A DNA stretch of 64,000 bases from Eledone cirrhosa (GCA_964016885.1 OZ024742.1:99200001-99264000), one strand, 5' to 3'. Counted from the stretch's first letter, positions 42,453 through 58,476 are shown. The notes: generated by a model not told the origin, from the letters alone. A program made the numbers and translations.

Positions 42453-42616
42453 TGAAATCGAAAATGCAACTGGAGTTTTATTTTTTTAAATATATATATT
42501 TATTTGCTTCTTTTACCGGTGTTTCGCAGTTCTTCTGCCTTTCAAAAGTAGAGTTGAGATGGAGGATCTGTGGTTTTTCTCACATCTGGTTGGTCTCTGA
42601 ATGTTACTTGTTTTAT

Positions 42617-44847
42617 ATGGAAAACCTCTCAGCCCAACAAGTAAACATTCTCTCCAAAGGACTGAAATGTACACCAACACCACAATACTCTAATCCCAAT
42701 GACATAAATGACGATATCTCACACTTCTGTAGAAAATTACGTCTCACAGAGGAATTCTTTTACAAGGAGAATAACGACGAATCAATTGTACGGAATAAAA
42801 GCAGATACAACCCAACAAAAGGTAGAAACAGAGTTCTGGACAAATTTTGTGACCACATAGCTACTTTCCCATACCATGAACTACCGTAACCTAAACCCAA
42901 ACCCAACACGAGTCGAAGGGAATGGGAGATTATCCATGAACTAAAAAACAATACGGACATTATAATTAAGGAAGCGGACAAGGGAAGTACAGTTGTCATT
43001 ATGGAGGCTGAAAAATATAAAAACTCTATGTTCTCTCTCTTACAAAATACTAATTACTATGAAAGAGTAAAAAACTACCAGCAATCAAAAACAATGACCA
43101 GATTAAACACACTGATTTATCGATACCAGGAAGATCTAACTAAAAAGGAACGCGATTATTTAACACATTTTGAATACAAAACCAGCAACCTTTACGGACT
43201 TCCGAAAAATCACAAGTGTAAAATAATTAACGATGCCTGTAAACAATCCACCGCAGCCTGCGTGAACACACAATACCCCACAGACCTTAAATTAAGACCA
43301 ATTGTAGCGGGCCCACAATGTGAAACACACAGACTGAGCGACTTTATAGACATACTACTAAAACCAATTCTCAAACACATACCAAGCCTTGTAAGAGACG
43401 ATCTGGACCTCTTAAACCCCCTCCCCAAGCATGTCAACAACGATACTATTATTGTGTCTTTCGATGTAGTGAATCTCTACACAACGATCCCACACCAATA
43501 CGGACTAGAAGCAATCGGATTCTGGCTAGAGAAATATCCCAATGAGATACCTGACAGAATAGAAAAAAGCTTCATCACCGAGGGATTAAAATTCATCTTA
43601 CAGAACAACTTTTTTGATTTCGATGGCAGTACTTACAAGCAAATATCGGGGACTGCGATGGGTACAAAAACCGCTCCAACTTATGTCAACTTAGTCATGG
43701 CATACTTAGAAGTCCAGATATATGAACAGTCCAAATCAAAATACGGATTGAACTTCCACAAATATTTATCAGACAATTGGAAACGCTACTTGGATGATTG
43801 TCTCATTCTTTGGTCCCACACATTCGACCAACTGAAGGATTTCAAAAACTTAATAAACAGCATCAATAACCACATCCAATTCACAATGGAATACAACCAA
43901 GATCAACTCCCATTTCTGGACATCTTAATCTTAAAAAAAGACACAAATATTGAAACTGACATACACTACAAACCAACAGATTCCAAACAATACCTGCTAT
44001 TCACCTCCAACCATCCAAAGCACACGAAGACGAACATTCTTTTTAACCTAGCAAGAAGAATTTGCACAATTGTCTCCAATTATGAAACACAAAATAAAAG
44101 ACTTCAAGAATTAAAGGAAATTCTACTCGAAAGACAGTACCCACCATTACTAATAAATAATGGAATAGAAAGGGCTAAAGCAATAGGCATTGATGAATTA
44201 CGAAAACAGAAACAAATTCAAGGTACGTCCAATATTCTATCATATATCTCAACACACAACCCAAGAAATGCGGAAGCTTACAACACTATTCACAAGAACA
44301 TCCCACTACTAAACCAAAACCCAAGAATGACAAAAGCCCTTGAAACACACAAAATAATCAAAAGCAAAAGACAACCGAAATCACTGAAAACATTACTCAC
44401 CAATCCCAAATTACCTACCACAAACCCACAACCAACTGTCAAAAAATGTGGTCGCTCTAATTGTGGAACCTGCACTCACCTCATTGAATGCAACGCGTAT
44501 ACATCAGGACAAAATCAGGACAAAATTTTACAGTAAAAAATCACTTCACTTGCTCATCAGAAAATCTACTTTATGCCATTAAATGTAAAGGATGCAATGA
44601 AGATTTTATAGGACAAACTAAACTCACACTCAGAAACAGAATGACAGTTCATCGCCAACAATTACGAGATCCAACCACGAGACAGATACCACTAAGCGCA
44701 TATCTAGACATATGCGCAAGTAATAAGACACCCAAATTCCAAGTCTTCCTATTTTCCCTTTGCGCTAACAATACAACAAAACAAATACGAATAAATAAGG
44801 AAAATATGTTTATTCAAAAATATAGACCAGCATTAAATATGGCTTAA
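42617..44847 (+). pseudogene. PLE RT + Cys linker + GIY-YIG endonuclease (one premature TAA at 42887, one frameshift near 44490)
   Basis: LSKGLK.TPTP, ADKG, LYGLPK.HK, RPIV, SFDVVNLYT, QISGTAMGT, RYLDD, FLD, HP, CGRSNCGTC, FTCSSENLLYAIKC..C..FIGQT...R...H. Confidence 0.93.
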
Positions 44848-45884
44848 TATACATTATGTCAACACCATAACATGTAACCATCCAAACAGACACATACACA
44901 GTCACATAACACCTTCTACTTTAGAAAATAAAAACCCGAACTAAATAAACCTTAACATACGTTTGCACTGACAATACAACAGAACAAATACGAACATGTA
45001 AGGAAAATATGTTCATTCAAAAATATTCCTACTAAAGGAATCATTTTCCTACACACACACACACACACAATATATATATATATATTCTCTTCATCTTAAC
45101 ATGCTAACCATACTCCCACACACATAACAACCCCCGCCCCCACACACACAACTCCCTCCCCCATTTCTAATAATAGAATCACTTTCCTACACACATATAT
45201 ACGCGAAAATTTAATGAAAAGTTTTTCACGTGACAGCCATAATTTCATTTTTAACCAATCAAATTATGTTTATTAAATTATGCCTTCGTGAGCCCCCCCC
45301 CCCCCTTTTTTAAGTAAAAAGAAATTCAAAAACACAACACACACACACACACACACAAGCACACAAATAAACATACATATCTTTACTTTCTTTATTCAAT
45401 AGAAAATCTGAATTCTGACACCCCAGCGAACTAACCATATTCACTGAAACAGAAAAATTCTCACATCCAATTTCTCTTGACCATTATCTTTTACTTGCAT
45501 AAAATTCTCTAAAAAGGTTACAGAATAGATTTCCAAATAAGGGCGCGAAAATTTAATGAAAACTTGTTCACGTGACAGCCATAATTTCATTTATAACCAA
45601 TCAAATTACGTTTATTAAAAAAAAGCCTTCGTGAGCCCCCTTTTTTTAAGTAAAGAGAAATTCAAACACTCATATATGAAAAAACAACCTGTGACACCCC
45701 CCCCCCCCCTGCTTGAAGAACTTTGTAACGCGAACTGGCGCGAAATTCATTATAATTATTGACCAACCAATCAAATTACTTCTCGAAAAACCTGGCATTT
45801 CGAGTCACTTTTTCCATATAAAACAAGTCCCATTCAGAGAACAACCAGATGTGAGAAAAACCACAGACCCTCCATCTCAACTCT

Positions 45885-45922
45885 ACTTTTGAAAAGCAGA
45901 AGAACTGCGAAACCGGTAAAAG
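45885..45922 (+). ncRNA. pLTR hammerhead, U3-A8 core; further copies at 42505-42546 (-, mutated) and 46339-46376 (-)
   Basis: actt-TTGAAAA-gcag.aagaa.ctgc-GAAA-ccgGTA-aaag. Confidence 0.75.
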
Positions 45923-46069
45923 AACCAAATAAATATATATATATATATTTAAATAAGTCTCCAGTTGCATTTTCGATTTCATCTTATTTTCTTTATACGT
46001 TCATTCGTGTAGGACACCTCGGTTATTTTTCATCTTGTAAAAAAACCTCACTTTCTAATATATATATAT

Positions 46070-46138
46070 ATTAAAATAACAGATTAAAGTTTAAGCAAAG
46101 AATCGCTGCTTTCTCCCTTAATGGGATCTTCTGAAAAT
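46070..46138 (-). mobile_element. Hammerhead fragment of the 352-nt family in (TA)n
   Basis: Minus strand: tttt-CAGAAGA-tccc.attaa.ggga-GAAA-gca...tgCTT-aaactttaatctgttattttaa. Confidence 0.82.
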
Positions 46139-46207
46139 ATATGTATATATAAATAAATAAATACATATATATATTAAATACATAGATATATTAAATACAT
46201 ATATATA

Positions 46208-46486
46208 TTAGGAAGTGATGTTTTTTTACAAAATGAAAAGTAACCGATGTGTCCTACACGAGTGAAAGTATAAGGAAAAAAGATGAAATCGAAAATATAA
46301 CTGTAGTCTTTTTTTTTTAATATATATTTATTTGGTTCCTTTACCGGTTTCGCAGTTCTTCTACTTTTCAAAAGTAGAAATGAGATGGATGGTTTGTGGT
46401 TTTTCTCCCATCTGGTTGGTCTTTGAATGTTACTTCTGTTTTATATGGAAAAAGTGGCTCGAAATGCTAGGTTTTTAGAGAAGTAA
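46208..46486 (-). mobile_element. Solo pLTR of the Neptune-like family, inverted relative to 45775-46058
   Basis: Diverged reverse complement of 45775-46058; flanked by (TA)n. Confidence 0.9.
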
Positions 46487-46543
46487 TTATATATATATGC
46501 ATGTATATATATATATACATATATGCATATATATGTATATATA

Positions 46544-46614
<71 letters not shown>

Positions 46615-46633
46615 GCATATATATATATTTATA

Positions 46634-46694
<61 letters not shown>

Positions 46695-47102
46695 GGGGGG
46701 GGGGAGAGAGGGGGGAGAGAGCGAGAAAGAGAGAGAGACATACAGATATATATCCTTACCATTGAACAGTGAAAGTGATAGACAGACGCGCGTAGTGGGA
46801 AATAATGGTATAGAATATGAGAAATTCTTAAAAGCATTTCAATAGGTTATCTGAATACAAAATGGAAGAAGAATAGTACGATGGAGATAAAAAAAAGAGT
46901 GTATAAGTAGACTAAAATACATTGATATAAATACAAAATGTAGACTTTTTGAAAATCGAGACAAGAATGAAATATGTTAGAAATGAGAATAATTCTTGTA
47001 TGATGTACAGTATAACTATTATTGTCAGTGCTCTGTTCGCCTACCCCGACAGAAAAAGCAAAAGCAGAGATCAAGGTCAGATATGTATAGATGTATGTAT
47101 TC

Positions 47103-47179
<77 letters not shown>

Positions 47180-47599
47180 TATATATGCATACATATGTTT
47201 ATATATATGTATACATACATATATATGTGTGCGTATGTGTGTGTATATATATGTATAAATTGTATAATTATATATATATATTTCGTATAATGGTTTTAGT
47301 CATAATATTGTAGTCAGGATCTGAAATTGCCTATCAAGTATTATATTCAATCCTTTCTTATTGGTATCGCTTCTAATTTATCGATGTCTTATTGTCGAAC
47401 CGCTAACCAATTGTTGATGATAACTTCAATAATTTGCCAGGTTTGCTTCTTCTGTCTGTATACACATAAATCAGATTAGCCATTTGTATGGATTAGATGC
47501 CTGCAGATCTAGAGGATTAAGTACAATGATGGTACTAAGTAAATCATTTCAAGAAACTATTGGAGGGCGAATACTTGGCTAAGTGTTACGATGAATAAT

Positions 47600-47777
47600 A
47601 ATTGTTTCTACTTGTTGGCACAAGGCCTGCAATTATCAGTACATTACTGGTACTTTATTTTATCGACCCCGTAAGGATGAAAGGCAAAGTTAACCTCGGC
47701 GGGATTTGAACTCAGTCCGTAAAGGACATAAATATGCTGGAAAGCATGGCGTCTGACCGATACTGCCAATCTACCGA
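47600..47777 (-). mobile_element. tRNA-SINE copy
   Basis: Reverse complement of 16051-16240. Confidence 0.9.
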
Positions 47778-49139
47778 TTTACGATACTGCCAATCTACGA
47801 TGAATAATAATGGAAGATATACTGAAATTGAGACAAATATAGAAAATATATATCTAATTCACAGCATGCGTTTTAAATGATAGTAAGCGTAAAAGGTGTG
47901 TTTGAAACTATTGTAAGTGTACGCATCATTTAATTCACGCGGCTGGTTGAGTCACGTTCGTTACTCAGGAAGCCCATTTACTCATTGATAAAAATTGTTA
48001 TTGATCGCTGCTTCAGTACATTCATAGTGCCACCCTTCCCACACATGCCTCAAGCCTAATAACTCTGAAATTTGCGCTAAGTGAGCAAATATGTGTGGAA
48101 TGATGGGCCACTTGCACGTAAATTTCACGATCAGTCTATTTAGTTGATCAAAAAAACCTCAACTTACATCATTGATTCAACGGAGGGCCAACAATGGTAC
48201 ATGACACTTGGACAAGTAAGGAGATAAACTTTAGTGTAGAGAAGTAAATCGGCAGATTTGACCTTCACTTTTATTAATAACATCCCCAAAATATGAGAAA
48301 ATGTCTCCTATATTGCGATTAGAACGCCGAACATAAACGAACGTAATTAAAGTTGCAAGGCATTTTCCTCGATTCCGTAATTCTGACACCCACGAGCAGT
48401 TACTACAGCCACTGGGAATATTAATGAATATGGAATATATTGATATTCTCCACAAATCGTTCTTTAGAATAAACGGCAATATATTTCGCTTAGTTTAGAT
48501 TTGTTAGTCAAATGCAGGTATCAATTATAGCGTTATCTGAAACACAAGTATTGTCTTTAGCATAATGAAATGCAGGTATTGCTTTCATATAATGATTGCT
48601 ACCAACTGTATAGAAAGGTAATACAAGAGAACTAATGTAGCTGAATAGCATTTACACGGATGGAATTGAATCCTATACAAAATGCCTATCAAGAAAATGG
48701 TGTCTTGTATTACAATTGGAAACAATCAAAGTAACGATTCTTCGTATCAATGGAATATGTTAAAGCTTTATTAAGAGACGCCTGTTGTGATGCAGGGTAC
48801 CTGACGTTCATCAGTCGAAATTTCGTCTCATATATGCATAACATCTGGAAGTATGCACACACACGCACATATAAAGACAATCTCACACAAATACACGAAC
48901 TGACAGACAAATTAACGCTCGTATATACACACACAAACACGCACACGCACACACCAACACACTCGCACATATTCACACACACACACACACTCACATATAT
49001 ATATATATATTTATACTTAGTATAATATGTGTTAGTTAAACAACCGACGCTAGTGTACGCAGGATATTTCGTTTAGTTTAGATTTGTTAGTCAAGCCAAG
49101 TATACATGCAGGTCTGCATATTTCGGAGTATATTTATAA

Positions 49140-49320
49140 TAATTGTTTCTACTTTTGGCACAAGGCCAGCAATTACCCAGTACATTACTGGTATTTTAAT
49201 TTATCGACCCCGTAAGGATGAAAGGCAAAGTTAACCTCGGCGGGATTTGAACTCAGATCGTAAAAGGACGTAACACTTTGCGTCAAAGCATGGCGTCCGA
49301 CCCTCTACTGATACTGCCAA
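49140..49320 (-). mobile_element. tRNA-SINE copy
   Basis: Reverse complement of 16051-16240. Confidence 0.92.
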
Positions 49321-50285
49321 TTTATAATAATGAAGTAGAAGTCAACTGATTTATTCGTTACAATAAGCGCTTGGTGAGGCTTTCGTACTACATCACAGGC
49401 AATGTGGCCAAGCACATTGATAGCATCAGCAATAATAGGATAAGGACTTTGGGACACTTGCCGCCTTGTACTAGAGTGAGCCAATCTAGTCTTACTTCTG
49501 AAAAATCTTTCCATACTAATTAGCTTTACCATTTACCATTTACAATTGCCACTAAAGTGATTTAATGGGAAGATAACTAAATTTAGCAGATTGCAGGGAA
49601 CTCTCTGGTGTGCGGGTCCCTGATTTGGTGATGGTGAAATGTCATTGGATCACTATATTGGACAAACAGGACCTTCACTCCGTAGACAATTTATCTTATT
49701 TTTCACAGAGATATGTATTTTGATGTATAAGTGTCTACAGAACTTTGTGGGTAATTGAACGTATGCAGGTGTTTCTTATATCATCCTTTAAATTTGTTTC
49801 CAATTAACATGACGGAATCTTTGGACTTAATTTTCAACCGAGATTAGTTATGCAGCGTCAGCTATTGATCAGAATATATGATTTGTTGAATTGAAAGTTA
49901 GGAGCGTTAAATTAGTTATACAAGAGGAAATTCTGATATTGAAGTTTTAAGATTTTCACTAGCGATGTATGATAAGGCTTTTCTCGAATTATGTATGCAA
50001 TTGTCGCAGAATTTAACATTATATCTGTAAAAAATGTTGTTATGTTCATGATTCTTCAGGAAGTGTTTATTTAATAAGTAAAAGAAATGTTTAGTGATTC
50101 GTGCACTTACCTCAACACAGAATATTTTAGTGAAATAAATCGTTTTAGGTTTTCTATTTTTACGTGTCTCGAAAATGATATTATCTATATAACAAATTAT
50201 ATCTTTAAACCGGCTTCCTTTTAGCGACTCTCATACTCTTTCCCACCTCTTACTCACTATATCGTTCCGACGATCTCTGAGTGTT

Positions 50286-50367
<82 letters not shown>

Positions 50368-50386
50368 TGTATATACATATACATAT

Positions 50387-50680
<294 letters not shown>

Positions 50681-50971
50681 ACTATATAGACAATGCACTG
50701 GTTTCTCCATTTATAAAATAAAACATATACAGAGAGTGAGGCTGACAGAGAGCGGAAGAAAGTGAGTGAGCGAGAGTAAGAAAGAAAGGAGAGAAAGAGA
50801 TTTAAAGAGGGAGAGAGAATATAATTGAACTATCCAGCAGTGGACTTGATAACCTGTCCTGATAATATTGGTAATTTTCAAAACACAAAACTACACATTT
50901 TACAAGTTTGCAGAGATGGAGTCATCAGTGAAGAAGATAAGGGATAAAACAATATATATATATGTGTGTAC

Positions 50972-51023
<52 letters not shown>

Positions 51024-51122
51024 GTACACACACAGGCACGCATACATACATATATTTATATATATATATTTATATATATATATTTATATATATATATTTA
51101 TATATATATATTTATATATATA

Positions 51123-51174
<52 letters not shown>

Positions 51175-51239
51175 CATACATAGTACACACACAGGCACGC
51201 ATACATACATATATTTATATATATATATTTATATATATA

Positions 51240-51303
<64 letters not shown>

Positions 51304-51339
51304 CATACATAGGCACGCATACATACATATATTTATATA

Positions 51340-51420
<81 letters not shown>

Positions 51421-52212
51421 TACATTTACGCACATGCATGCATGCATTAGACCATGGGGAACAATAGATAAGAAGACAAGACATGATCAGTCCAATTCTG
51501 CAAAATATAGTATACATAAATATATATATATCAACATTTAAATAAAAGTTGACAATCATGTTGTGAAACAGTATTTATGAAACTTCAATAGAATTGAACA
51601 AGTGATCATGTGACTAGTTATCTTGTTAAGCACGAACATTATTAATGAGTTTTCCATTGATAAAATGTTATTATAATTGTTTTGCTATTGGTGGTTCAGG
51701 TGGAGGCAATATATTGTTGGCAGTACTGATGATATTCATGGTGGTTGTGGTTGAATTCCTAGTTGAATGCTGATAGTGTTGATGTTGGTGGTGATAGTGG
51801 TAGTGAAATTGATGGTGATGGTTGTGTTGGTGGAGGAAGTTGTAGTTTGGGGTGGTGGTGGTGGTGGTTGTGAATGTGATGTGTGAGTTGATTATGATAT
51901 ATTCTGTTGTTTTTGTTGTTGCTGTTTTTATTGGTGGGAGTGTGGTATTTGTGATGATGTTGAGATGGGGATGTTGTTAGCTGTGAGGATGGTGGTATAT
52001 TTTAGCTATATTTCGATGTTATTTTTTATTTATTTTGTTTGATTACACTTCCTTTCTGTTTGCGTTGCTGCTGTTAATGTCGTTGATATTTTCGTATGTG
52101 AGACATCATGGAAATTGTGATTTCCTGGTAATTTGTGAAAATATTCTAATTTGCTTAATGATACCTAGTTGATTTGCGTAAGAATTAATTTATAGTGATT
52201 GTATGCTGTGCG

Positions 52213-52360
52213 ACGGCACGTGGCTTAGTGATTAGGATATTCGGCTCATGACCTTTAGTCATGAGTGAGATTCGCAGCGGCGCCTTTGACCTTAAGCAAG
52301 ACACTTCATTTCACTTTTCTCCAGGCCATTCAGCTGGTAAAAATTAGTTGTACCTGTAAT
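52213..52360 (+). mobile_element. Decayed tRNA-derived CORE-type SINE
   Basis: ggcacgtggcttagtgattagg (A box), then gaccttaagcaagacacttcatttcac (CORE-like). Confidence 0.65.
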
Positions 52361-52924
52361 TCAAAAGACTCGTCCTACCACATCGTGTGTCATACTGAAT
52401 TTTGTTGAAATTGCATTAAGGATTGCACTTTCATTTCAAAAGAGATCAATCAAACGTACTTAGTGTTTGTTAGTATGAAAGATAGCGCGTGGTTAGGTGA
52501 TGGTATAGTTACTGCGATGGTGATGGAGGTGTAGGAATGGTGTAAGACTGTTGATTGTTCTTTTTGGTGTTGGTAGTGATGGTGCTGCAGAGCTTGTTTA
52601 AAGCCATGATTCATTCCTTTAGTCATTCTTGTATTATCTTTTGACATTCACTGTATTTAAGCTGTCCAATCTTTCATATTATCCGACAACCAAATTCTTG
52701 ATTTTTGTTGCTTCTTCTCTTCTCATTCATTTTGTTTTAGTGTTAATAGTCTAAATACAACATTTCTTTCATCTTACACCAAATATATCAACAATTGTCT
52801 TCCATCTATACTAAAATAAAATGCCAAATCACATTAGCTTTTGCACAGAGTATGTAATGTCACATATAAGACATTACATATTCTTTAGGAGGGACGGGTT
52901 GTGCAACCTGCAGGTTATTGTGTT

Positions 52925-53060
52925 AGCTGTGCAAAGAATAAGACTTGCAGGACATGTATTCCAAACACTAGATCAACAAATAACCAGAACCAACATTATG
53001 TGTGTAGTAGCATATGGTAAAAAGTAAGACCAAAGAAGATATGGTGCGATAATTTCAAAA
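52925..53060 (+). mobile_element. Ancient RTE-like LINE C-terminal relic
   Basis: QRIRLAGHVF...GK..RPKKIWCDN across frames. Confidence 0.45.
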
Positions 53061-53437
53061 TAAACTCAAATCAGTTAAAAATCCCATAATAAGAGGCAAA
53101 CAACAAAGCACAGAACGAGGTAGAGAATGATATAATGGGAAAAAATAAGTACATTCTACCCAGTTGGATCTAATGTTCAATATCCTTAACACAGTGATAT
53201 ATCTATACACTACCTACAATCCTCTGGTAGCTCACATTGCATTTTTACCTTTGTTCTTCTCATGAATATTTTGTTCAACTGATATTAATTTTCCTTAATT
53301 GGGAGCCTGCTTGTGTCTGTGATGAGAATTGTATCTTGTCCTGAAGCGCAACCGTAAACGAATAAAGTGAAAGCTCGGCAAAACTGGTTTCATCCATTGT
53401 GAACATGCTGAAGTAACGTCTTCAAATATATATTCAA

Positions 53438-53624
53438 TAATTGTTTCTACTTTTGGCACAAGGCCAGCAATTACCCAGTGTATTACTAGTAGTTTATTTT
53501 ATCGACCCCATAAGGATGAAAGGCAAAGTTAACCTCGGCGGGATTTGAACTCAGAATGGCAAGGGCCGTAACTCTATTCGTCAATGCATGGCGTCCGACC
53601 CTCTACCGTTACTGCCAATCCACT
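53438..53624 (-). mobile_element. tRNA-SINE copy
   Basis: Reverse complement of 16051-16240. Confidence 0.92.
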
Positions 53625-54520
53625 TCGTCTGCACCAGGGAAGATAATATCAAATTAAATAATTCTTGGCGCATCACCTATTGTAGCCGTAATATCTACAA
53701 TTAAATATTGTCTGTTATTTCTTGAAGGACTGCCGTGATCAAATACCATCACTGGAGAAAATCGTTCGATACATGGTGCATTCCCGAAAGTGTTCTATCT
53801 AACTGTACTAACCCAGTAAATGACTGTTACTTCTCTTAACTTATTGGAAAGAAGCCGTCAAGGGATCCCCTGGATGCTTAATCGGACTGATAGAAATACC
53901 AATCATCTCTATCTTTATCACATCACACACATATTCTTTCAGAAGGGAAGAAGGTATTAGGCGGTTCTATAAGAGATATTCATTCAGAAGATGTGGTTAC
54001 GGGGCTATGGAAACGAGTCTTCTTTCAAACATGGCTCTGTAGCATCTAAAATGATGTGGCTTAAATCATCCCCACCAGAAGGAATGATTAATGATAAAAT
54101 TAACCTGAGCGCGATTTGAACCATTAACAGAATCAACAAAACTGCTACTACAAACCCCAGTACCACCGACAGCAACAAGAGAAACATCATCAACAACAAT
54201 AGTAACAGTAACAACAGCAAGGACATCGACAACAATAACCTCAACGACAACATCAACACGACAACGTCCACTACTACTTCCACCACGGCCACCACCACCG
54301 GCACCACCACCACGTCCACTGACGCCGCAATCACTGGAATATGTGAAACAAATAGCACACATCACATTGATCGTCTCTGTAGCAATTCAACCAATGTCTT
54401 ACCACGTTATGAATATGAATAAGTCAATGTTGATATTAAGAAAACCTCACAAAAGACTATCAATACCTTCAACATAACGTGTTGTCTCAAATTATATATA
54501 TATATGTGTGTGTATGTATG

Positions 54521-54594
<74 letters not shown>

Positions 54595-54934
54595 TGTGGT
54601 TCCTGTCTGTTTGTTTCTTTTTTTTGTTTTTTTTTAGTTCACGATCTCCACCTATAGTGTTGGAGATAGACTCCCATAACTATATATATTCTGAAACTAC
54701 ATTGCCCAGGGTACTTGGATAATAAATATATTTAATTTTAATCAAAGGGTTTCCCGGGGGAACTAATCGCCGCTGAAAACTGTTACCTTCGATTTATACG
54801 AAACTTAGACCATAGGTAAATGACAAGATATGATGCCAATTCACAAAATTTCAGGCAATTTCAATAATAGTAAGACACCCTAATGGGGATTAAACCCCCT
54901 ATAGTGAACATTTTGGATAATAAATGGAACAAGA

Positions 54935-55487
54935 TGTATTGTAATCAGATTGCATGAGAACATGATTGAAGCAGCCATTATATTCTGGGCTTACAAAGGT
55001 CAAGCTCTTTTCATTCCAAGGATTCCACTTATAACAAGTGAGAGCGAGTTGCCATTTACATTTAAGATGGTACATTTAAGTTCCCAGTGAGACCATGTTT
55101 TGCCATGAGCATCAATAAGAGTCAAGGTCAAACTTTCAAATCTATTGGTATAGATCTGACAAACCCATGTTTCAGTCATGGCAGGTTTTATGTGGCTGTT
55201 TCAAGGAGTGTAACTTCAAAAAATCTCTACATTTTAGCCAATCAAAGAAAGACAAGAAATGTTGTTTACCTTGAAGTTCTTCATTAGGACAAAGTATGAA
55301 ATATATACTCATGTATTTATTATGTTAAAAAATAATGTTTTCCAATTGTTCATGCATTACATTTTACATTGAGTAATATTGAAATGCATAATTTTTCTCC
55401 ATAAATTATATCACTGATTTAAAATCAATCATCATTTTCAGAAAAAAAAATTTGTGAAACGCAGCAAGGCGCGGGTAATTCGGCTAG
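54935..55487 (+). mobile_element. 3' fragment of a Helitron (Pif1-like helicase C-terminus)
   Basis: IPRIPL..FPVRPCFAMSINKSQGQT..GIDL..PCFSHG.FYVAVSR..TRNVVYLEVL*, then GC hairpin cgcagcaaggcgcggg and CTAG|T at 55484-55487. Confidence 0.9.
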
Positions 55488-55492
55488 TATAC

Positions 55493-55561
<69 letters not shown>

Positions 55562-56075
55562 GTGTGTGTTGTGTGTTTGTGTACTTGAGTCAATCTGCAT
55601 GCGTGTTAGGGTTATTTGTATATGAATATGCATGATCTTCGGGTGTTTAATAAGTATATATGCACTTGTGAAATGTGTATGTATCCTAGTATATAAATAT
55701 GCTTGTATTAACGTATCTGTGTTTTTCTGCATACACGCATGTGCGCAATATCCCTGCGTACTTTTATATGATAATGATGCTTTCAACGTATCTCTAAGGT
55801 TGTGGATTCATACATATGTATAAGCTGTGTGACTATTTATATATGGACGTGTTTGCATTAACGTCTCTGTGAGTGCGCATTGTATGGCCGTTCTGTGTGT
55901 ATATTTGCATGTGCATGATGTTCATGAACATCATTGTATGTACGTGAATGTAGTATGTCATTATATCTGTTGCTGGGCAAGCATCTCCGAATGACGTGCA
56001 GCAGGTTAGTTAAATACACACACACATACACAAACACAGACACGCACACACAGAGACATACACAGACACACACAG

Positions 56076-56127
<52 letters not shown>

Positions 56128-56228
56128 TTATATATATAAGCGTGCCCCTGTGACTGATTCTATTAATAAATACGAGCATGCATACACATTAAAGTAAATA
56201 CATTTTACATTCATATTCATATATGTAA

Positions 56229-56324
<96 letters not shown>

Positions 56325-57576
56325 ATATATATATATACATACATATATACATGGACATACTCAAACGTACCCACATGAATACAAATACACATGTGCATAC
56401 ACATAACAGAGAGCAATGTAAAGATTAAGTGGTTGTAATTGTCAGCTGACACAGATCTCGATGGAAATATATCGATAAAAGGAAAGAAAAGAAAAAATAA
56501 ATGATAGAAGATCGATTAAATAGGATGAGAAAATGTCTGACAACACTGAGCTAATTAAGGATTAGGAAAACAAAAATAGGGTCTTTTGTTTGAAAAGGAT
56601 TTCATGTCAGCCAAGCAAAAGTTAACTGTGATCCCAGCTTTGTTAGTTACATACAATGCAACGCAGATTTTGTACACGTCGTTATAGTGACAATCTGTCA
56701 ATATATGTGCCTGTGTGGATATATGAGTACACATAAAGTATGTGTATGTGTGCCTGTTATGCATTTGTGCATATTTCAGTAAAAGATTGTATGTATATAT
56801 ACATAAGCATGTATTTATGTGTGCTATAAATTGTATTGCATGCTTATACATTCGTGAATGCTGATAATGACATGTACACATACGTGTGTATGTGCATACA
56901 TACACACAGAGATACACACACACACACATACACACATACACACACACACATATATATATATATATAATTGTGGTATATAGTCATGTGTCATTGCGTGCGT
57001 TTCAAGTGTATTTATATATTGGATTCATTGACATATACAGAGTTTATACAAAAGGTATAGGACAGAGAATATTGTAGGCAATGTTCCAGCCCCATCTGCG
57101 AATATTGACAAAATAAATTAAAGGACTAAAGAATATACACAACCATATGTTTAGCAATAGTATTGCGCTACATCTGAATCAATCAATGGAAATGGCTGCT
57201 CGTGAGGTTCGGGTGTAAAGTGATAATACACAGATACATGCACATTTAATACAGTTTTCAGTGTGATTTGGCGTGACACTCTGTCAGATGACTGACTGCA
57301 GGCATCACTCAGCTGAGATGAAAGAAAGTGAAAGAAAGTGTTTTACAATCAAGAGTCGAACGCCCTAACCACTACGCCACCCTCCTTCATATACGCACAC
57401 ACATAAACATACATATACATGTGTGTTTGTGTTTGTGTATTTATAAATATATGTAAAACCACTCTGCCTTAACACATGCATTGAGTACTCCCATTATTTG
57501 AGGTCTTCTCGGTCTCATCACCACAGACTCTCTCTCTCCCTCTCTCTTACTTTCTTTCTATCTCTCTCTCTATATA

Positions 57577-57613
<37 letters not shown>

Positions 57614-57683
57614 GTATATATATGTATATACATTTCACATATTATTTATATCATACTATATCATTCTCCAGCAAAGTAATGTT

Positions 57684-57873
57684 AGGGCGGTGGTTTGGCA
57701 GTATCGGTAGAGGGTCGGACACCATGCTTTCCAGCATAGTTACGTCCCTTTACGATCTGAGTTCAAATCCCGCCGAGGTTGACTTTGCCTTTCATCCTTA
57801 CGGGGTCGATAAAATAAAGTACCAGTAATGCACTGAGTAATTGCTGGCCTTGTGCCTAAAGTAGAAACAATTA
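57684..57873 (+). mobile_element. Full-length tRNA-SINE copy
   Basis: gggcggtggtttggcagtatcgg...gttcaaatcc...aaagtagaaacaattatt. Confidence 0.93.
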
Positions 57874-58476
57874 TTTATATCATGTTATATGTATAATGTT
57901 ATATATTTTAGAATACAATATATTATATTCATATATATAGGTCGTATAAACAAGACAATATAAACAGCCACAACAGCTTTCCAAACGAAAGCTTAGGTAT
58001 GTCATGTAGTATGTATTGGGAAATATCAGGTAAGAAAATGGAAGATGCTTCCAATTCACATAGTTGATTGCTCGCCTTCAGCCTGAACTGGTCTTCCGCA
58101 ACTTACAAATATTTCCGGCTGTCATGATATCGACAGGTTTTTCTTACTGGCATGTCAGTGATCATTGATTATTTGTCATCTGACTGTTTAATACTATACA
58201 ACTATTATACACTTTTCAACATATCGAACCAATGAGACACGTAGTACGCACAAGCCATCTATAAATCCTCCAGGCTACCGTCGAATACTACAGCCGCCAT
58301 ATCTGATTCAAATCACACACTACTGTCTAAAATATGAAACATTTAAAAAATGGGGTTGATAGATTTAAGAAATGGAGTCAAATGTTCTTCCGTGATACAT
58401 CTTGTTACATTCTTGTGAATTACTGTGTTGCAAGTGACAGTGGATTGCTCCTCCATATGTACGAGTCCAATATATA

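Noticed and set aside
42617-44847. Naiad-type selenoprotein PLE with recoded stops
   Set aside because: The endonuclease is C-terminal and the interrupting stops (42887; also 38745) are TAA, not TGA.
48231-48479. 82-aa non-repetitive ORF as a host exon
   Set aside because: No recognisable motif or convincing splice context. It cannot be excluded without RNA-seq or a homology search.
51020-51335. Triplicated catagtacacacacaggcacgcatacatac block
   Set aside because: Best explained by slippage or unequal exchange inside a compound microsatellite.
55087-55287. Host PIF1 helicase exon
   Set aside because: It is frameshifted upstream and followed by a Helitron hairpin-CTAG terminus.
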